Assembly: GCA_964291415.2 (NCBI GenBank)
Contig: OZ219920.1
Location: 224,001-288,000 of the forward strand
DNA: 64,000 nt
Direction: 5' to 3'
From: Alphaproteobacteria bacterium
GTDB taxonomy: Bacteria > Pseudomonadota > Alphaproteobacteria > SP197
Shown here: one piece after another, positions 61,300 through 64,000 of the stretch
Position numbering within the stretch: position 1 is the first letter of the stretch
Layout of the letters: the number at the start of each line of letters is the position of its first letter
Translations under genes and position numbers: made by a program
The notes under the pieces: generated by a model
Database searches by the model: none
Told to the model about the DNA's origin: nothing
The model's input: the letters and a program-made list of their open reading frames with translations, nothing else

Positions 61300-62024
61300 G
61301 CAGTGGCCCCGAACACCTCCTCGACGTCGCAGGGCTTGAGGTCCGCTACGGCGCCATAGAGGCCATCAGGGGCGCAGGCCTCGAGGTCTGCAAGGGCGAA
61401 ATCGTGACTCTTCTCGGCGCCAACGGCGCCGGGAAGAGTTCCTTTCTCAACGCCGTCATGGGACTGGTGCCACTGGCCGCCGGCCGGGTCGTGCTCGATG
61501 GCGCGGACATCACCGGCGAAAAGCCGGAAACCGTCGTGCGGCGTGGCATGACCCTGTGCCCGGAAGGACGGCGCGTCTTTGCCAATCTCACCGTACGCGA
61601 GAATCTTGCCATCGGCGGCGCGACACGGCGGCGTACCGGTGATGCCGCAACGATTCTCGCCGACATGCTGGACCGTTTCCCGGTGCTCGCGGAACGCCAT
61701 GACCAGATGGCCGGCACGCTCTCGGGAGGGGAACAGCAGATGCTGGCGATCGCCCGGGCCATGATGTCCGCTCCCCGGATCGTGCTGCTCGACGAACCTT
61801 CGCTGGGTCTCGCGCCTCAAGTCGTCGACACCATCTTCGAGATGATCGTTGCCCTTCAGCATCACGGTGCCACCATTTTGCTGGTGGAACAGAATGTCGA
61901 CCTTGCCCTGGACGTAGCCGACAGGGGCTATGTCCTTGCGTCCGGCCGTGTCGTGCTCTCCGGACCGGCATCCGAACTGCAGGCTTCCGGAGAGGTCGAA
62001 CGCGCCTACATGGGGCGCGACTGA
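61296..62024 (+). CDS. livF: LivF-like ABC ATPase
   Basis: GANGAGKS, PEGRRVF, LSGGEQQMLAIARA, DEPSLGLAP, VEQN. Confidence 0.9.
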   Translation: MSSGPEHLLDVAGLEVRYGAIEAIRGAGLEVCKGEIVTLLGANGAGKSSFLNAVMGLVPLAAGRVVLDGADITGEKPETVVRRGMTLCPEGRRVFANLTVRENLAIGGATRRRTGDAATILADMLDRFPVLAERHDQMAGTLSGGEQQMLAIARAMMSAPRIVLLDEPSLGLAPQVVDTIFEMIVALQHHGATILLVEQNVDLALDVADRGYVLASGRVVLSGPASELQASGEVERAYMGRD

Positions 62025-62089
62025 TGGATGATCCGGAGCGCCGGACGATCGGGTGGCGCACCCCTTGCGCGGGTGCCGGGTAACGGCTG

Positions 62090-62974
62090 ATGGACATCGT
62101 CATCCAGCAGTTCGTCAACGCCCTTTCCCTGGGAGGCACCTATGCCCTGCTGGCTCTTGGTCTGGCGATGGTGTTCAGCGTTCTGGGCCTGATCAACTTT
62201 GCCCACGGCGATCTCATGACGCTGACGGGCTACGCCATGTTCTTTGCCATCGGCGCCGGTCTCGGCCTGCCGCTGGCGATCGTTCTCGGCATCGCCTGCG
62301 CCACCCTGGCGGCGGTGGCGATGGAACGGGTGGCCTTCCGTCCGGTGCGTGACGCCAACACGGCAACCATGCTGCTGACCAGCCTGGCGGTCAGCACCAT
62401 CCTCCACATGCTGTTCCAGAACCTGATTTCGGCCCGACCCCGGGCCATTCCGGTGCCCTCCTGGATGATCGGCGCCGTCGATGTAGGAGGCCTGGCGATT
62501 GGCGTGATCCAGCTGATGTCAATCACCGCCACAGCGCTGCTGCTCATCGCTCTCTCGGTTTTCCTGCGCCGTTCCATCCTCGGCATCGCCATGCGGGCGG
62601 CGGCTCTCGACTTTCCGGTCACCCGGCTCATGGGGATCAATGCCAACGCCGTCGTCGCCACGGCCTTCGGCCTTTCCGGGCTGCTGGCCGGAGTGGCCGG
62701 AGTCCTGTGGCTGGCGCAGCGCGGTTCGGTCGATCCGCTGATGGGTTTCCTGCCGGTGCTCAAGGCGTTCATCGCCGTGGTGCTGGGTGGTCTTGGCAGC
62801 CTTGCAGGCGCGGTGGTGGGTGGCTTCGCGCTTGCCTTCATCGAGGTGTTCCTGCGTGCCTTCCTTCCCGAAGGCTGGTTGCCGTTTCGCGAATCGATCA
62901 CACTGACCCTCGTCATCGTCCTGCTCCTGGTCAGGCCCGAGGGTCTGATCGGCCAGCGCGAGAACGTGAGATAG
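62090..62974 (+). CDS. livH: LivH-like ABC permease
   Basis: YALLALGL.MVF..LGLINFAHG, G.AMRA, KAF.AVVLGGLGS, RPEGL. Confidence 0.9.
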   Translation: MDIVIQQFVNALSLGGTYALLALGLAMVFSVLGLINFAHGDLMTLTGYAMFFAIGAGLGLPLAIVLGIACATLAAVAMERVAFRPVRDANTATMLLTSLAVSTILHMLFQNLISARPRAIPVPSWMIGAVDVGGLAIGVIQLMSITATALLLIALSVFLRRSILGIAMRAAALDFPVTRLMGINANAVVATAFGLSGLLAGVAGVLWLAQRGSVDPLMGFLPVLKAFIAVVLGGLGSLAGAVVGGFALAFIEVFLRAFLPEGWLPFRESITLTLVIVLLLVRPEGLIGQRENVR

Positions 62975-62985
62975 GAGGCGCTCGA

Positions 62986-64000
62986 TTGAGCAATTCGCTG
63001 CTCGAGAGGGACAGGCGGGTTCTCGCCGGAATCGGCAAGCTGAGGACATCGCCGCTCACCATCCGCCATGCCCGTGGCAACCGGCTGATCGAGGAGGATG
63101 GCCGCGAGGTGCTCGACATGTCCGCCACCGCCGGCGCCGCGCTTCTGGGATACGGACACCCCGCAGTCATCGAGGCGACACGCCGTGGCCTCGGCGAGTG
63201 TGCCGGTGCGTCGGCCATGTTCGGCGCATCCGAATCGGCCGTGGCCCTGGCCGAGGATCTTCTCGCCCTCGTGCCGGAGGCCGATGATCACAAGGTCTGG
63301 TTCGGTCACAGTGGATCGGATGCCAACGATACGGTCATGCGGGCCGTGACGGCAGCGACCGGACGACGCCGGTTCATGAGTTTCCATGGCGCCTATCACG
63401 GCGGCATCTCGGGTTCCATGTCCGTGTCCGGCCACCCGTCTCAGCAGCATGCGCTGCCCCGCGCCGGTCTGGTGCAGATCCCCTTTCCCAATCCCTACCG
63501 CCCTCTGGGCGGTGGCGACGCGGCGCGCCATGTTCTCGATCATGTCGATTTCCTGTTTTCCACCGCCATCCGTCCGGACGATGTCGCCGCGCTCTTCATC
63601 GAGCCGTTGCAGTCCGACGGCGGCATGCTCGTTCCGCCTCCGGGCTTCTTCTCGGCCCTCGCCGACCGGTGCCGGGCCGAGGGCATTCTCGTCGTCAGCG
63701 ACGAGGTCAAGGTGGGTCTTGGCCGGCCGGGTTGCTGGCACTGCTACCAGGCGGAAGGGTTCCGGCCCGACATCGTGACCTTCGGCAAGGGTCTGGGGAG
63801 CGGCATTCCCGTCTCGGCCATTGTCGCGCCGCGGAGCGTGATGGATGTGCAGGAAGCCTTCGCCCTCATCACCACCACCGGAAACTCCGTCTCGACGAGC
63901 GTCGCACGCGCCGTTCTCCGGCACATCCGCGACGACGGCCTCGTCGACAACGCAGCCCAACGCGGACGTCAGCTCATGGACGGCCTCGTCGCCATGCAGG
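62986..64000 (+). CDS. Class III aminotransferase (4-aminobutyrate aminotransferase-like), 3' truncated; absent from the ORF track
   Basis: TTG start after GGAGG; hand translation gives MSNSLLERD...LLGYGHP...SGSDAND...AYHG...IEPLQSDGG...SDEVKVGLGR...FGKGLGSG. Confidence 0.88.
   Translation, partial: MSNSLLERDRRVLAGIGKLRTSPLTIRHARGNRLIEEDGREVLDMSATAGAALLGYGHPAVIEATRRGLGECAGASAMFGASESAVALAEDLLALVPEADDHKVWFGHSGSDANDTVMRAVTAATGRRRFMSFHGAYHGGISGSMSVSGHPSQQHALPRAGLVQIPFPNPYRPLGGGDAARHVLDHVDFLFSTAIRPDDVAALFIEPLQSDGGMLVPPPGFFSALADRCRAEGILVVSDEVKVGLGRPGCWHCYQAEGFRPDIVTFGKGLGSGIPVSAIVAPRSVMDVQEAFALITTTGNSVSTSVARAVLRHIRDDGLVDNAAQRGRQLMDGLVAMQ

Noticed and set aside
62025-62089. Two small hairpins between livF and livH
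   Set aside because: Short GC stems (5-6 bp) are expected by chance at this composition

Overview
GC-rich alphaproteobacterial chromosomal segment, judged from gene content and order; a finer taxonomic call is not possible from this window. 1-21.5 kb is mostly conserved core: yfgM-like/bamB/der; a minus-strand run rpsF-rpsR-DUF2232-rplI-cfa-dnaB-alr-mlaEF-cvpA-purF-SDR; and fabD-fabG-acpP-fabF-mltG-(antisense SDR)-yicC-gmk. 21.5-30 kb holds amine/amino-acid catabolic genes. 30-37.5 kb is an accessory-looking block beside tRNA-Glu: VapBC, a HEAT-repeat protein, glucokinase, a TbpB-like surface lipoprotein, a frameshifted LuxR-type regulator and an orphan ABC binding protein. Then come a Rieske oxygenase/2-hydroxyacid dehydrogenase/YbdK run, tRNA-Pro, an NDUFS4-like gene, tRNA-Arg, a frameshifted DddP-like M24 enzyme plus a TfdA-like dioxygenase, a cysK-alaX-sseA-GNAT-metC operon, BrnTA, a class III aminotransferase and ppk1-ppx/sixA. 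The window ends with my best candidate for an uncharacterised system: a split FluG-like pair (GS-like gamma-glutamyl ligase plus amidohydrolase) divergent from a LIV-type ABC importer with a fused LivM-LivG and a class III aminotransferase. I saw no CRISPR array, rRNA, integrase or intact transposase. All product calls come from motifs recognised by eye, not from database searches.
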